Translations under genes and position numbers: made by a program
From: Candidatus Latescibacterota bacterium
GTDB lineage: Bacteria; Latescibacterota; UBA2968; GCA-2709665
Assembly (NCBI GenBank): GCA_965248435.1
Contig: OZ252100.1
Span: 4,544,001 to 4,608,000 of the forward strand
Direction: 5' to 3'
DNA length: 64,000 nt
The notes under the pieces: generated by a model
What the model was told of the DNA's origin: nothing
The model's database searches: none
The model's input: the letters and a program-made list of their open reading frames with translations, nothing else
Shown here: positions 49,461-57,886 of the stretch, in pieces
How the letters are laid out: every line of letters starts with the position of its first letter
Position numbering within the stretch: the first letter of the stretch is position 1

Positions 49461-51181
49461 GGTTTGATTTGACCGATTTTACTTACAGAAGCGCGGCCGT
49501 GGCCGCGCTGATTCTATTTTCCGCCTGTGCCAAGCAGGCTCCACCGCCGGGCGGACCACCGGACAAAACCTCTCCGAGGGTCGTCTGGACGGTCCCTGCC
49601 GCAGACTCGGTCGGTGTGAGCCGGCATACTTCGATCCGCATCGGCTTCAGCGAAGCGATGGACAGGCGCTCGGTGGAGCGTGTTCTGTTCGTCTCTCCAA
49701 AAGGCGCCTCAGAACCTGATTTCAAGTGGCGCGACCGTGAACTGGAGATCTCCCTCGGAGAGCAATTGAGGTCAGACCGGACCTATGTCGTGACGGTGGG
49801 CTCCGAAAGCTCAGACGAGTGGAGAAACCGAATGGCCACGTCTTACAGCTTCGCCTTTGCGACAGGTGAGTCCCTGAACTGGGGAGAGATCGTCAGTCGG
49901 GTTTACGATCCTGAGGGACCCCTTAAAGGTGAAGTCTATGTATGGGCGTACGATGTCGAAGCGGCTGCTGACCCGCACCCCGTTCGAGAAACCCCGGCAT
50001 ATGTGACGCAGCCTTCGACGGATGGAGAGTTTCGGTTTCTTAGGCTGGGACCCGGGCGGTATCGTATCTTTGCCTTCGAGGATTCCGATAGAGACCGCAG
50101 CTACACCCCCGGAACGGACAGGCTGGCGGTTCCTCCGGCCGATGTGGCTTTGCCTCCTGAAGGGGATCGGATTCGTTTGGGCCCACTTCGGCTGGCACTC
50201 CGGGATACCATTCCCCCGAAATTTCAGTCGGCCCGTACGCCGGACCGCCGGCACGTGCTTCTCCGGTTCGACGAGCCGGTCCGTCCCCCGCCTCTCGTTC
50301 AGATCATCGGGCCTGGTCCTCTTCAGATCGCGGCAGTTTATGTCGATGGAGAGGACGCGAGTCAGGTGTGGCTGGCGACAGGCCCTCAGGCGAAGAAGGC
50401 TTCTTATCGCGTGGTCCTTGAGGGGTTCGAAGACAGTTCAGGAAACCGGATCCCAGCAGGCGTGGATGCTGAAGTATCGGGTGACGGGGAGCCAGACGGG
50501 CGGGAGCCGTCCCTCGTCTCTTCCTTTCCACCGCCAGATGCCGGATTTATCGCACCCGACGCACACCTGGTGATGAGTTTTAGCGATGCCATGAAGTTGG
50601 AGATCGAGTTCGACTTCTGGATCGCATCAGATAGCACGATCGTTCCCGACGGCGTATTCTATTGGCCGGCGCCGAACAGACTGCAGTTTTCACCTTCCCG
50701 GCCCTGGCCCGGGGGAAAGGCCGTTCGGCTGATGGGCCGAGCGACTCAGCTCTCAGATCTTTCCGGTAATCATCCGACCCAGATGGCGAACTTCAGGTTT
50801 ACGGTAATGGATTCTGCAGCCCTCGGGGAGATAAGCGGCCGGATCGATCCGGTGGACGCCCGGGTGGTTGTCCAGGCCTGGAGACTTTCAGGTCAAGCAG
50901 GTGTGTATGAAACCGGCGTTGCACCCGGTGATTCATCCTATACGCTGGCCTGGTTGCCTCCTGACACCTATGCCGTCTCAGGTTTTCTGGACCATGATGG
51001 AGATAGTGAATGGACGCCCGGAATGGTTCAGCCTTTTGTTCCCGCTGAACCATTGAGCCAGACGCTGGACACGCTCGAGGTCCGCGCCCGCTGGGCGACA
51101 ATCTCTGAAAAGCGTTTCAGCTTTATCCAAACGGGCTCGCTCGAAGAGTCCAGGGAGTTGCTACCTGGCCGAACCTGGTGA
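49442..51181 (+). CDS. Lipoprotein with Ig-like (Big_5) domains
   Basis: Lipobox FSAC followed by AKQAPPPGGPPDKTSP; FSEAMD, FDEP and FSDAM repeats; start may be downstream. Confidence 0.8.
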   Translation: MPDTRCGFDLTDFTYRSAAVAALILFSACAKQAPPPGGPPDKTSPRVVWTVPAADSVGVSRHTSIRIGFSEAMDRRSVERVLFVSPKGASEPDFKWRDRELEISLGEQLRSDRTYVVTVGSESSDEWRNRMATSYSFAFATGESLNWGEIVSRVYDPEGPLKGEVYVWAYDVEAAADPHPVRETPAYVTQPSTDGEFRFLRLGPGRYRIFAFEDSDRDRSYTPGTDRLAVPPADVALPPEGDRIRLGPLRLALRDTIPPKFQSARTPDRRHVLLRFDEPVRPPPLVQIIGPGPLQIAAVYVDGEDASQVWLATGPQAKKASYRVVLEGFEDSSGNRIPAGVDAEVSGDGEPDGREPSLVSSFPPPDAGFIAPDAHLVMSFSDAMKLEIEFDFWIASDSTIVPDGVFYWPAPNRLQFSPSRPWPGGKAVRLMGRATQLSDLSGNHPTQMANFRFTVMDSAALGEISGRIDPVDARVVVQAWRLSGQAGVYETGVAPGDSSYTLAWLPPDTYAVSGFLDHDGDSEWTPGMVQPFVPAEPLSQTLDTLEVRARWATISEKRFSFIQTGSLEESRELLPGRTW

Positions 51182-51197
51182 ACGACCTGGGTGGGCG

Positions 51198-51557
51198 GTG
51201 CAGGTCAAGATGGTCGGCCTGCTCCTCCTCGTAATCTGTACTCTATTGATCTATCATTTCACATCTCGCTCTATTGAGGATCAGGAGCGTGCACGGGCGC
51301 GTACCATCCTTCAGACGCTCTACCAGTTCGAGCAGGCCCACCTGGAAGAATATGGAACCTATCTGGCGATAGGTCGTGAAAGTATTTGGCAAATATTGAA
51401 GTTAGAGGATATTCCGGGACGGTTTAAATATTCCGTGGTGGTGGAGGAAAACAGTTTTGTTGCGCTGGCCGAAGCTGACTTTGACGGGGACGGTGAGGTC
51501 GAGATCTGGCAAGTGGATCCGACCCATCCGGACCCTACTCTCAGGAAAGGGGACTGA
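51198..51557 (+). CDS. Small membrane-anchored pilin-like protein
   Basis: N-terminal TM; A...L..LYQFEQAHLEEYGTY and F.A.AEADFDGDG..EIW resemble the type IV pilin globular domain; no prepilin cleavage motif. Confidence 0.55.
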   Translation: MQVKMVGLLLLVICTLLIYHFTSRSIEDQERARARTILQTLYQFEQAHLEEYGTYLAIGRESIWQILKLEDIPGRFKYSVVVEENSFVALAEADFDGDGEVEIWQVDPTHPDPTLRKGD

Positions 51558-51558
51558 C

Positions 51559-54066
51559 CTGGGATGGCGGGTAGGCATACCCGCCCTTTTCCAAATCCTG
51601 TTCGCCCTGTTTTCCAGCGTCCCCATCGTCGCGTTCGTCATCCAGTTGGAGGAGTTCGGAGGTCGCATCGTTCCGATCCACTGGACTTCCGGCGAAGTCA
51701 GCTCGGGCGTTCCGTTCATCGTGGACGTAGACGGGTTTCCCTTCTCTGAAGAGGCAACCGAAAGGATCGTCCGAGAAAGTTTCGAGACCTGGAGTGAGGT
51801 CGAGACTTCACGGGTTACCTTTTCTGATGGGGGTAGAGGACAGTTCAGGGTCTCCTCGACCGACAGGCGCAACGTTATTTTTTTTGATCAGACCGGGCGG
51901 GACGTAGGCGCCCCCCCGGGATCGGGTGTGATCGCTGTGACTCGACTCAACTGGAATTCGAGCGGCGAGATCATCGATTCTGACATCGTTTTCAACGGGC
52001 GGGATTTCAAGTTTTCGACAGCCACAAGCGCGTTCGGGCGCAATGAAGTGGATTTAGAGGGCGTGCTCATCCACGAGATCGGACACTTCCTGGGGCTGGA
52101 TCACTCTCCCCTAGAAGGGTCTACGGCGATCCGGCCTACGATGTATCCCTTCTTTTTTGGCGGAGAGCGCTCGTTGTCGTTCGACGACATGGCGGGGGTT
52201 TCTTCCCTGTATCCCTCCTCAAGGGCGCTCGATACCGGATCCATTACTGGAAATGTAGCATTTCAGAGCGGTCGGGGGGCCTTTGGTGTGCACGTTGTTG
52301 CCTACCGGGCCGGGACGACGGAATTCGTGGTGGGCGCGCTTTCGGGGGCGTCGGGAGATCAGCGCGGGGACGGCGGTGATGGCGCGTACGAGATTTCCGG
52401 GTTGCCGCCGGGCAGCTACCAGGTGACGATAGAACCCCTGAGGGGTACCGTCACATCGAACAATTTTGGAGGAATTTTCAGTCGGGGACTGGATACCGAC
52501 TTTTCTCGGGAATTTTACGACAACGTGGCACGGCAGGACCTGGGCCAGATTATTCAGGTCAACGCGGGCCGGATCGTGGAGGGCATCGATTTCACGCTGG
52601 GCACGGCGGTGGCCGGATCGCCCTTCTTCGAGAGTGCTGAACTCCCGGTCAACACACCGGATACTTCAGGTCCCTACCGCCTGCAGGTTCATATCGGGGA
52701 CGATATCGGCGTCACCGAGGCGGAGATCTCCTATCAGGTCGATGCGGGTGTTGTCAACAGGCTGGCCCTACAGAGAGACAGGGGGGACCTCTTTTTCGTG
52801 GATATCCCGGGCCAGGCTGCAGGCGCGATTATCACGTATCGCGTTCTGGCCAGGGATGCGGATGGACACGAGACCGCTCTCCCGGCTGAAGAGATCGATC
52901 CGTTAAGGTTCGAGGTTCTGGAGCTATCGGGAGAGCCGATTCTCTACGTTGCGACGCGGCGGACGCGCGAGCTCTCTGTGATCGATACGGGACCGAATCT
53001 GGAGATCGCTCGGATTCCGACCGGTGAAAGCCCGCTGAGCGTTCTGCTCACACCGGACGAACGATACCTTTTCGTCGCGAACTCGGGCACGCAGGCGAAT
53101 GGGGCCAGTAATCAGGTGACGGTGGTCGAGACCGCGACTCATCGCGTGGCGGCAGCCATCGATGTAGGCCGGGCGCCCCTCGATCTGGCCATTTCGCCCG
53201 ACGGCCGACGCGTCTACGTGACGAATTCCCAGAGTCGGAGCGTCTCTGTGCTGGACGTAGATCGCCTTGAGGAGATCCACCGATTCCCGGTGCTGTCCAC
53301 CCGAGACGGACCTTTCGGCGTCGTGGCGAGTCCTGACAATCGGTTCATCTACGTTACGGACATCGATAACAATCAGGTAATCGTCATGGAGGCCGGGTCG
53401 GGCAGGATCGAGGCCCAAATAGGTGTCATCGCTTCGCCGAGATCGCTGGCGATCTCAGCTTCCGGTTCGCGGCTGTATGCGTCCGGGTTCGACGGCGGGA
53501 TTTCGGTCGTGGACACAAAGGGTCGATCCGTGATCGGTACGATCGATACCGGTTCCTCAAGCGTGTTCAGAATTGTCTTATCTCCCGATGGGAAAAGACT
53601 CTACGCAACAGACCGATTAGGGGCAAATCTACTCGTGGTGGACCTGGAGCAGAACTCCGTTGTCGGCACGATTCCCGCACTTTCGTTCGGGCGCGAGACT
53701 CGCGATCTGGCGGTTTCGGCCGATGGGAGCAGGGTCTACGTGACGAATCAGGATTCGGATGACCTCGTCGCCTTCGATACAGCCTCTTTCGGGATCGTCA
53801 AGACCTGGAAGGTCGGGAGCGGACCTCGTGGGATCGCGATCTTGAGCGGACGGCAAACCTCCGGCAATTCCGTCCTGAGCGATGCCGATTTCGATCGGAG
53901 CGGTCGGGTCGATTTTATCGATTTCCTGATGTTTGCAATCGCCTTCGGGACGTCCTCCGCGGAATCGGACTACGACCCGAGGTACGATCTGACGGGAGAC
54001 GACGCGGTCAACTTTGGCGATTTTGTGGTCTTCGCCGGGGCCTTCGGAAAGGACCCGAACCCGTAG
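51559..54066 (+). CDS. Secreted matrixin-type metalloprotease with YVTN beta-propeller and C-terminal dockerin/EF-hand-like repeats
   Basis: HEIGHFLGLDH plus Met-turn TMYP; repeated SPDG..YVTN; DFDRSGRVDFIDF...DLTGDDAVNFGDF; start uncertain (CTG 51559 versus TTG 51457). Confidence 0.85.
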   Translation: MGWRVGIPALFQILFALFSSVPIVAFVIQLEEFGGRIVPIHWTSGEVSSGVPFIVDVDGFPFSEEATERIVRESFETWSEVETSRVTFSDGGRGQFRVSSTDRRNVIFFDQTGRDVGAPPGSGVIAVTRLNWNSSGEIIDSDIVFNGRDFKFSTATSAFGRNEVDLEGVLIHEIGHFLGLDHSPLEGSTAIRPTMYPFFFGGERSLSFDDMAGVSSLYPSSRALDTGSITGNVAFQSGRGAFGVHVVAYRAGTTEFVVGALSGASGDQRGDGGDGAYEISGLPPGSYQVTIEPLRGTVTSNNFGGIFSRGLDTDFSREFYDNVARQDLGQIIQVNAGRIVEGIDFTLGTAVAGSPFFESAELPVNTPDTSGPYRLQVHIGDDIGVTEAEISYQVDAGVVNRLALQRDRGDLFFVDIPGQAAGAIITYRVLARDADGHETALPAEEIDPLRFEVLELSGEPILYVATRRTRELSVIDTGPNLEIARIPTGESPLSVLLTPDERYLFVANSGTQANGASNQVTVVETATHRVAAAIDVGRAPLDLAISPDGRRVYVTNSQSRSVSVLDVDRLEEIHRFPVLSTRDGPFGVVASPDNRFIYVTDIDNNQVIVMEAGSGRIEAQIGVIASPRSLAISASGSRLYASGFDGGISVVDTKGRSVIGTIDTGSSSVFRIVLSPDGKRLYATDRLGANLLVVDLEQNSVVGTIPALSFGRETRDLAVSADGSRVYVTNQDSDDLVAFDTASFGIVKTWKVGSGPRGIAILSGRQTSGNSVLSDADFDRSGRVDFIDFLMFAIAFGTSSAESDYDPRYDLTGDDAVNFGDFVVFAGAFGKDPNP

Positions 54067-54090
54067 GCGTCCATCCACCGGAGATATACG

Positions 54091-54119
54091 TTGACAATCC
54101 CCTTTTGAGAGCCTATTCT
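54091..54119 (+). promoter_or_regulatory. Sigma70 promoter
   Basis: TTGACA-17nt-TATTCT. Confidence 0.65.
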
Positions 54120-54139
54120 TTTGAATAGGCTCGATTTCT

Positions 54140-54871
54140 ATGACGGGGAGATTTCTTATGTCGATGCTGTTGGGAATTATGACGCTTGCCTTCCTGGCTC
54201 TGCTCCTGCTCGTAAAGTTCATGACCGGGTTTGAACTTCGGGCGCGAGGCCAGTCGCATCGAAACAACCAGAACAGGATGCTGGAGATCGAATCGGAGCT
54301 GGAAGTGTCTCGGAAAAAGTACCTGAATGCGCTAAAGGCCGAAGGCGTGGCCAAACACAAGGTGAGTCAGGTGAGAATCAAACTCACGGGGCTCAAGCAG
54401 CATTTCGATCAGATCCAGATGACTGCATCGCAACAACGTGCCCAGAAGGAAAAGGATAAAGAGGGCAAACTGGAGGCCATGGTATTGGAAGCGCTGGGAG
54501 GCACCTCGGTGCGCAAGGACACCCACTTCAAGCGGGTGATGAAGGTGATCAACCAGCTTATCGATGTAGACAAGCAGACGAACAGCGAAGAGCTGTTTAC
54601 CGCGATCCAGAAGAAAATCGCCGAGATGGGAGCGACGGGGACGATCGGCGATGCAGGGGACAGTGAAGTTGCCGATCAGGCTCCCGAACCGGATGCCAGG
54701 GCCGAGGTCGATGGGATCGAAGAAACGAGACAGGCGCCAGCCGCTGAGGAGAAGGAGCCCGTGGAGGCCCGGGTGGCGGCCGATGATCCAGAAACGCACA
54801 AGCCCCAGGCACCGAAGGTGGGAATGACCCGGAAGCAGCTCGTGGAGGACGCGGTCAAGAAGAAGAAGTAG
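54140..54871 (+). CDS. Hypothetical membrane-anchored coiled-coil protein
   Basis: N-terminal TM, helical K/E/Q-rich middle, acidic low-complexity tail; own promoter and terminator. Confidence 0.75.
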   Translation: MTGRFLMSMLLGIMTLAFLALLLLVKFMTGFELRARGQSHRNNQNRMLEIESELEVSRKKYLNALKAEGVAKHKVSQVRIKLTGLKQHFDQIQMTASQQRAQKEKDKEGKLEAMVLEALGGTSVRKDTHFKRVMKVINQLIDVDKQTNSEELFTAIQKKIAEMGATGTIGDAGDSEVADQAPEPDARAEVDGIEETRQAPAAEEKEPVEARVAADDPETHKPQAPKVGMTRKQLVEDAVKKKK

Positions 54872-54918
54872 GCACAAAAAGAGCATCCCCGCACCGAGCC
54901 ATCGTGCGGATTGACAAA

Positions 54919-54950
54919 GCCCCGAAGGATTTTACTTTCGGGGCCTTTCT
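54919..54950 (+). terminator. Probable intrinsic terminator
   Basis: GCCCCGAAG...TTTCGGGGC-CTTTCT. Confidence 0.6.
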
Positions 54951-55057
54951 GTTGGCAATTTTGCTGACGGTGGGCTTCGGCATCGGTTATATTGGTGACG
55001 AATGCCGGGACCGATGGCGCGAGGCCAATCGTAGTCCGAATCACTCGAGGACGGAAT

Positions 55058-55723
55058 GTGCGTGTCCAGCGACTGCACAACTGGAAACTGAGTCCCAGAA
55101 AGGCAATCGAGATCCAGAGGACCCTCCGGGATCGAGTCAGCAAAGCTCGGCTTAGACGAAAGGTGAGATCAGTCGCGGGGGTGGATGTCGGGATCAGAGG
55201 AGGCGATGCGACGGCGGCAGTGGTCGTACTGAGTTTTCCCGGATTGGAGGTCCAGGAGGTTCGGGTCGCCAGGCGGCCCGTCTCATTCCCCTACGTTCCT
55301 GGACTGCTTTCCTTTCGTGAGCTACCCGTGATATCGAAGGCCTTCAGCCGCCTCCGGTTGGAACCTGACCTGGTTCTGGTGGATGGCCACGGGATTGCCC
55401 ATCCCAGGCGCCTGGGGATCGCATCTCACCTTGGGCTCCTGCTCGATTGTCCAACAGTGGGCTGCGCCAAATCGCGCCTGTGTGGGGAGCACGACGAGCC
55501 CGAGCTGGAGAGAGGGTCCCGTAGACCGCTCGTGGATAAAGATGAGGTGATCGGGGCTGTCGTTCGGACGCGGGATCGCGTGAAGCCTGTGTTTGCGTCG
55601 GTGGGTCATAAGATCGTTCTTGAGCAGGCAGTCGAGTATATGCTTCAGTGTGGGGCGGGCTATCGGCTCCCGGAACCGACGCGGCTCGCGCATCAGGCAG
55701 CGGCGGGGACATTGAAGAGGTAG
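55058..55723 (+). CDS. nfi: Endonuclease V
   Basis: AGVDV, FPYVPGLLSFRE, VDGHGIAHPRR.GIASH, GCAKSRL, YRLPEPTR. Confidence 0.95.
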   Translation: MRVQRLHNWKLSPRKAIEIQRTLRDRVSKARLRRKVRSVAGVDVGIRGGDATAAVVVLSFPGLEVQEVRVARRPVSFPYVPGLLSFRELPVISKAFSRLRLEPDLVLVDGHGIAHPRRLGIASHLGLLLDCPTVGCAKSRLCGEHDEPELERGSRRPLVDKDEVIGAVVRTRDRVKPVFASVGHKIVLEQAVEYMLQCGAGYRLPEPTRLAHQAAAGTLKR

Positions 55724-55736
55724 CGTTGTTTCGAAA

Positions 55737-56290
55737 ATCCCCGCTGCCCCCCTTTGATAGGGTTCATCACCGATTTCCGGGGAAGGCGTGGCGCATCTCG
55801 AGACGATGTTCTCTGACTCCTAAGCCGTTTGCTCCGCTCTGCAATGACAATGTCTCCGGGGCTGCACAATCCGTCCCCTCCTGGGAGGGGTGCCCCGAAG
55901 GGTCGGGGTGGGCTATATCGCGAGAACCAGAAACAAGACCATGCCTCCGGCGGCCTACTTTTCTTGTCACACCACAAGAAAAGTAGGCAAAAGAAGGGCG
56001 CCCCTCAAACGCCGGGGGGGCTCGGGCCGCGGCACCTTACGCTCAGTGGAAAAAACAATTATGGCAGGAAGGCCACATCCTCACCACACGCTCGCGATCA
56101 CTGAAAACCAACCCGCCGGGAGGTGAAATCCCCTTGTTGCACGGTAAGTCGCACACCGCGGCCCTGATGGCTTTGAGCTATGCATCTCTTGATTTACAGG
56201 GACGCTGGCTAGCTGGCGAGTTCTACAAATAGAGCTTGATGGCCTAACCCCAACATTCGGCGAAGAACCTTTGATAGAGGGGGGAGGATC
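55737..56290. repeat. Cluster of REP-like palindromes with a nested MITE-like element
   Basis: CCCCTCCTGGGAGGGG palindrome; ATCGCGAG (55917)/CTCGCGAT (56098) inverted ends; perfect 15-bp hairpin at 55953-55988. Confidence 0.55.
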
Positions 56291-56419
56291 GCTTTGGATT
56301 TCATGATTGCAGACTCTGTGTTTCGAGGGCCAGGCATCACCGGCTTGCGATCCACGAACGACGAACGACGATCCACGTTAGCTCACATTTTGGATTGATT
56401 GAATTCCATGCCGAGCCTT

Positions 56420-57277
56420 ATGAATCGCATACTGATCTACGGGCGGATGATCAAGTTTTCGCACAGCGTCTTCGCCCTTCCTTTCGCATTGAGCGGAGCG
56501 GTGCTGGCCGCCACGCGGAGCAGCGTGACCGCGGAGCAGATCGGGTGGATCGTTGCAGCAATGGTGGGTGCACGCAGCGCCGCGATGGGATTCAACCGGC
56601 TTGCCGACCGGGAGATGGATGCAGAGAATCCCCGGACAGCGAACCGGGAAATCCCACGGGGAATCATCACACCCGCCGCCGTTCGCACCTTCATCGTGCT
56701 GTCATCGGGTCTGCTCATCTTCGCGGCCTATCGACTCAATCCGCTCTGTCTCGTGCTTTCTCCGGTCGCCCTGGGGATTGTCTTTTTCTACAGCTATACG
56801 AAGCGATTCACGTGGGCTACACAGTTTTTCCTCGGTCTCTCCCTTTCCGTCGCCCCGATCGGGGCGTGGATCTCGGTCACAGGCAGCCTGGATCCCGAGA
56901 TTCTGCTCCTCGGGGGGGCAGTGCTGGCCTGGGTAGCGGGATTCGATACGATCTATGCATGCCAGGACACCACGTTCGATCGGGAGTATGGCATCTATTC
57001 TCTTCCGCAGCGCTTCGGGATCCGAAGGGCGCTTCTCGCGGCGCGGGCGCTCCACGTCATCGCCCTGCTTCTCCTGGTACAGACGGGCAGGGTGTTCGAA
57101 CTGGGGCCCATCTACACTGCAGGCGTGCTCGTCGTGGCCGGATTGATGCTTTACGAGCATCGGTTCGTTCGCGACGATGATCTGTCGGGTCTGAACGTGG
57201 CCTTTTTTAACATGAATGGCCTCATCAGCTTCATCTATTTCGTCTTTACACTGGGTGATATCGTGTGGACAACCTGA
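56420..57277 (+). CDS. UbiA-family prenyltransferase (MqnP-like)
   Basis: IKFSHSVFALPFA, ARSAAMGFNRLADREMDAENPRT..R, YSYTKRF, GFDTIYACQD..FD. Confidence 0.9.
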   Translation: MNRILIYGRMIKFSHSVFALPFALSGAVLAATRSSVTAEQIGWIVAAMVGARSAAMGFNRLADREMDAENPRTANREIPRGIITPAAVRTFIVLSSGLLIFAAYRLNPLCLVLSPVALGIVFFYSYTKRFTWATQFFLGLSLSVAPIGAWISVTGSLDPEILLLGGAVLAWVAGFDTIYACQDTTFDREYGIYSLPQRFGIRRALLAARALHVIALLLLVQTGRVFELGPIYTAGVLVVAGLMLYEHRFVRDDDLSGLNVAFFNMNGLISFIYFVFTLGDIVWTT

Positions 57278-57876
57278 ATCGAGTTACGGTCGCGATTACG
57301 GGGGCGAGCGGCGCCATTTATGCCCTGCGTACGATACGGGGGCTGCTGATCGGTGGAGTGCATCTGGACCTGATCGTTTCGGATCTGGGTTGGATGCTGC
57401 TGCGGGAGGAGGGCGGGTTTGAAGGAAAGCGAAGTGAGTTCGGTGACTATCTGCTCGAGCGGTACAAAAAGGACACGCAGGGAGGCGAGATTACGCTTCA
57501 CGCATCTGAGGATCTGGCCGCTTCGATTGCGAGCGGTTCCGTGCGCTCAGCGGGCATGGTGGTCGTGCCCTGCTCGATGAAGACCTTGGCCGGGATCGCC
57601 AACGGGTACTCGAGCAACTTGATCGAGCGGTCGGCGGATGTCACGCTGAAAGAACGACGCACCCTGGTGATCGTACCTCGTGAGACGCCGCTCAATCTTG
57701 CACATATGAAAAATCTGGTCGCCGCGGCTGAAGCGGGCGCCGCGATCGTGCCGGCCATGCCGGCCTTCTACCAGAAGCCTCAGACGTTCGAGGACCTCGC
57801 GGATTTCATCGCGGGGCGCGTTTTGAACCTCCTGGGCATCCCCCACACCCTGTTCCCGACCTGGAAAGGGGAATAA
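57265..57876 (+). CDS. ubiX: Flavin prenyltransferase
   Basis: ITGASGAIYA, ASIASGS, PCSMKTL, RSADVTLKERR, RETPL, PAFY. Confidence 0.94.
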   Translation: MDNLNRVTVAITGASGAIYALRTIRGLLIGGVHLDLIVSDLGWMLLREEGGFEGKRSEFGDYLLERYKKDTQGGEITLHASEDLAASIASGSVRSAGMVVVPCSMKTLAGIANGYSSNLIERSADVTLKERRTLVIVPRETPLNLAHMKNLVAAAEAGAAIVPAMPAFYQKPQTFEDLADFIAGRVLNLLGIPHTLFPTWKGE

Positions 57877-57886
57877 GTCCGGTACC

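Noticed and set aside
54904-55155. 83-aa ORF with a hydrophobic stretch
   Set aside because: It runs through a terminator hairpin and overlaps nfi; insufficient support.
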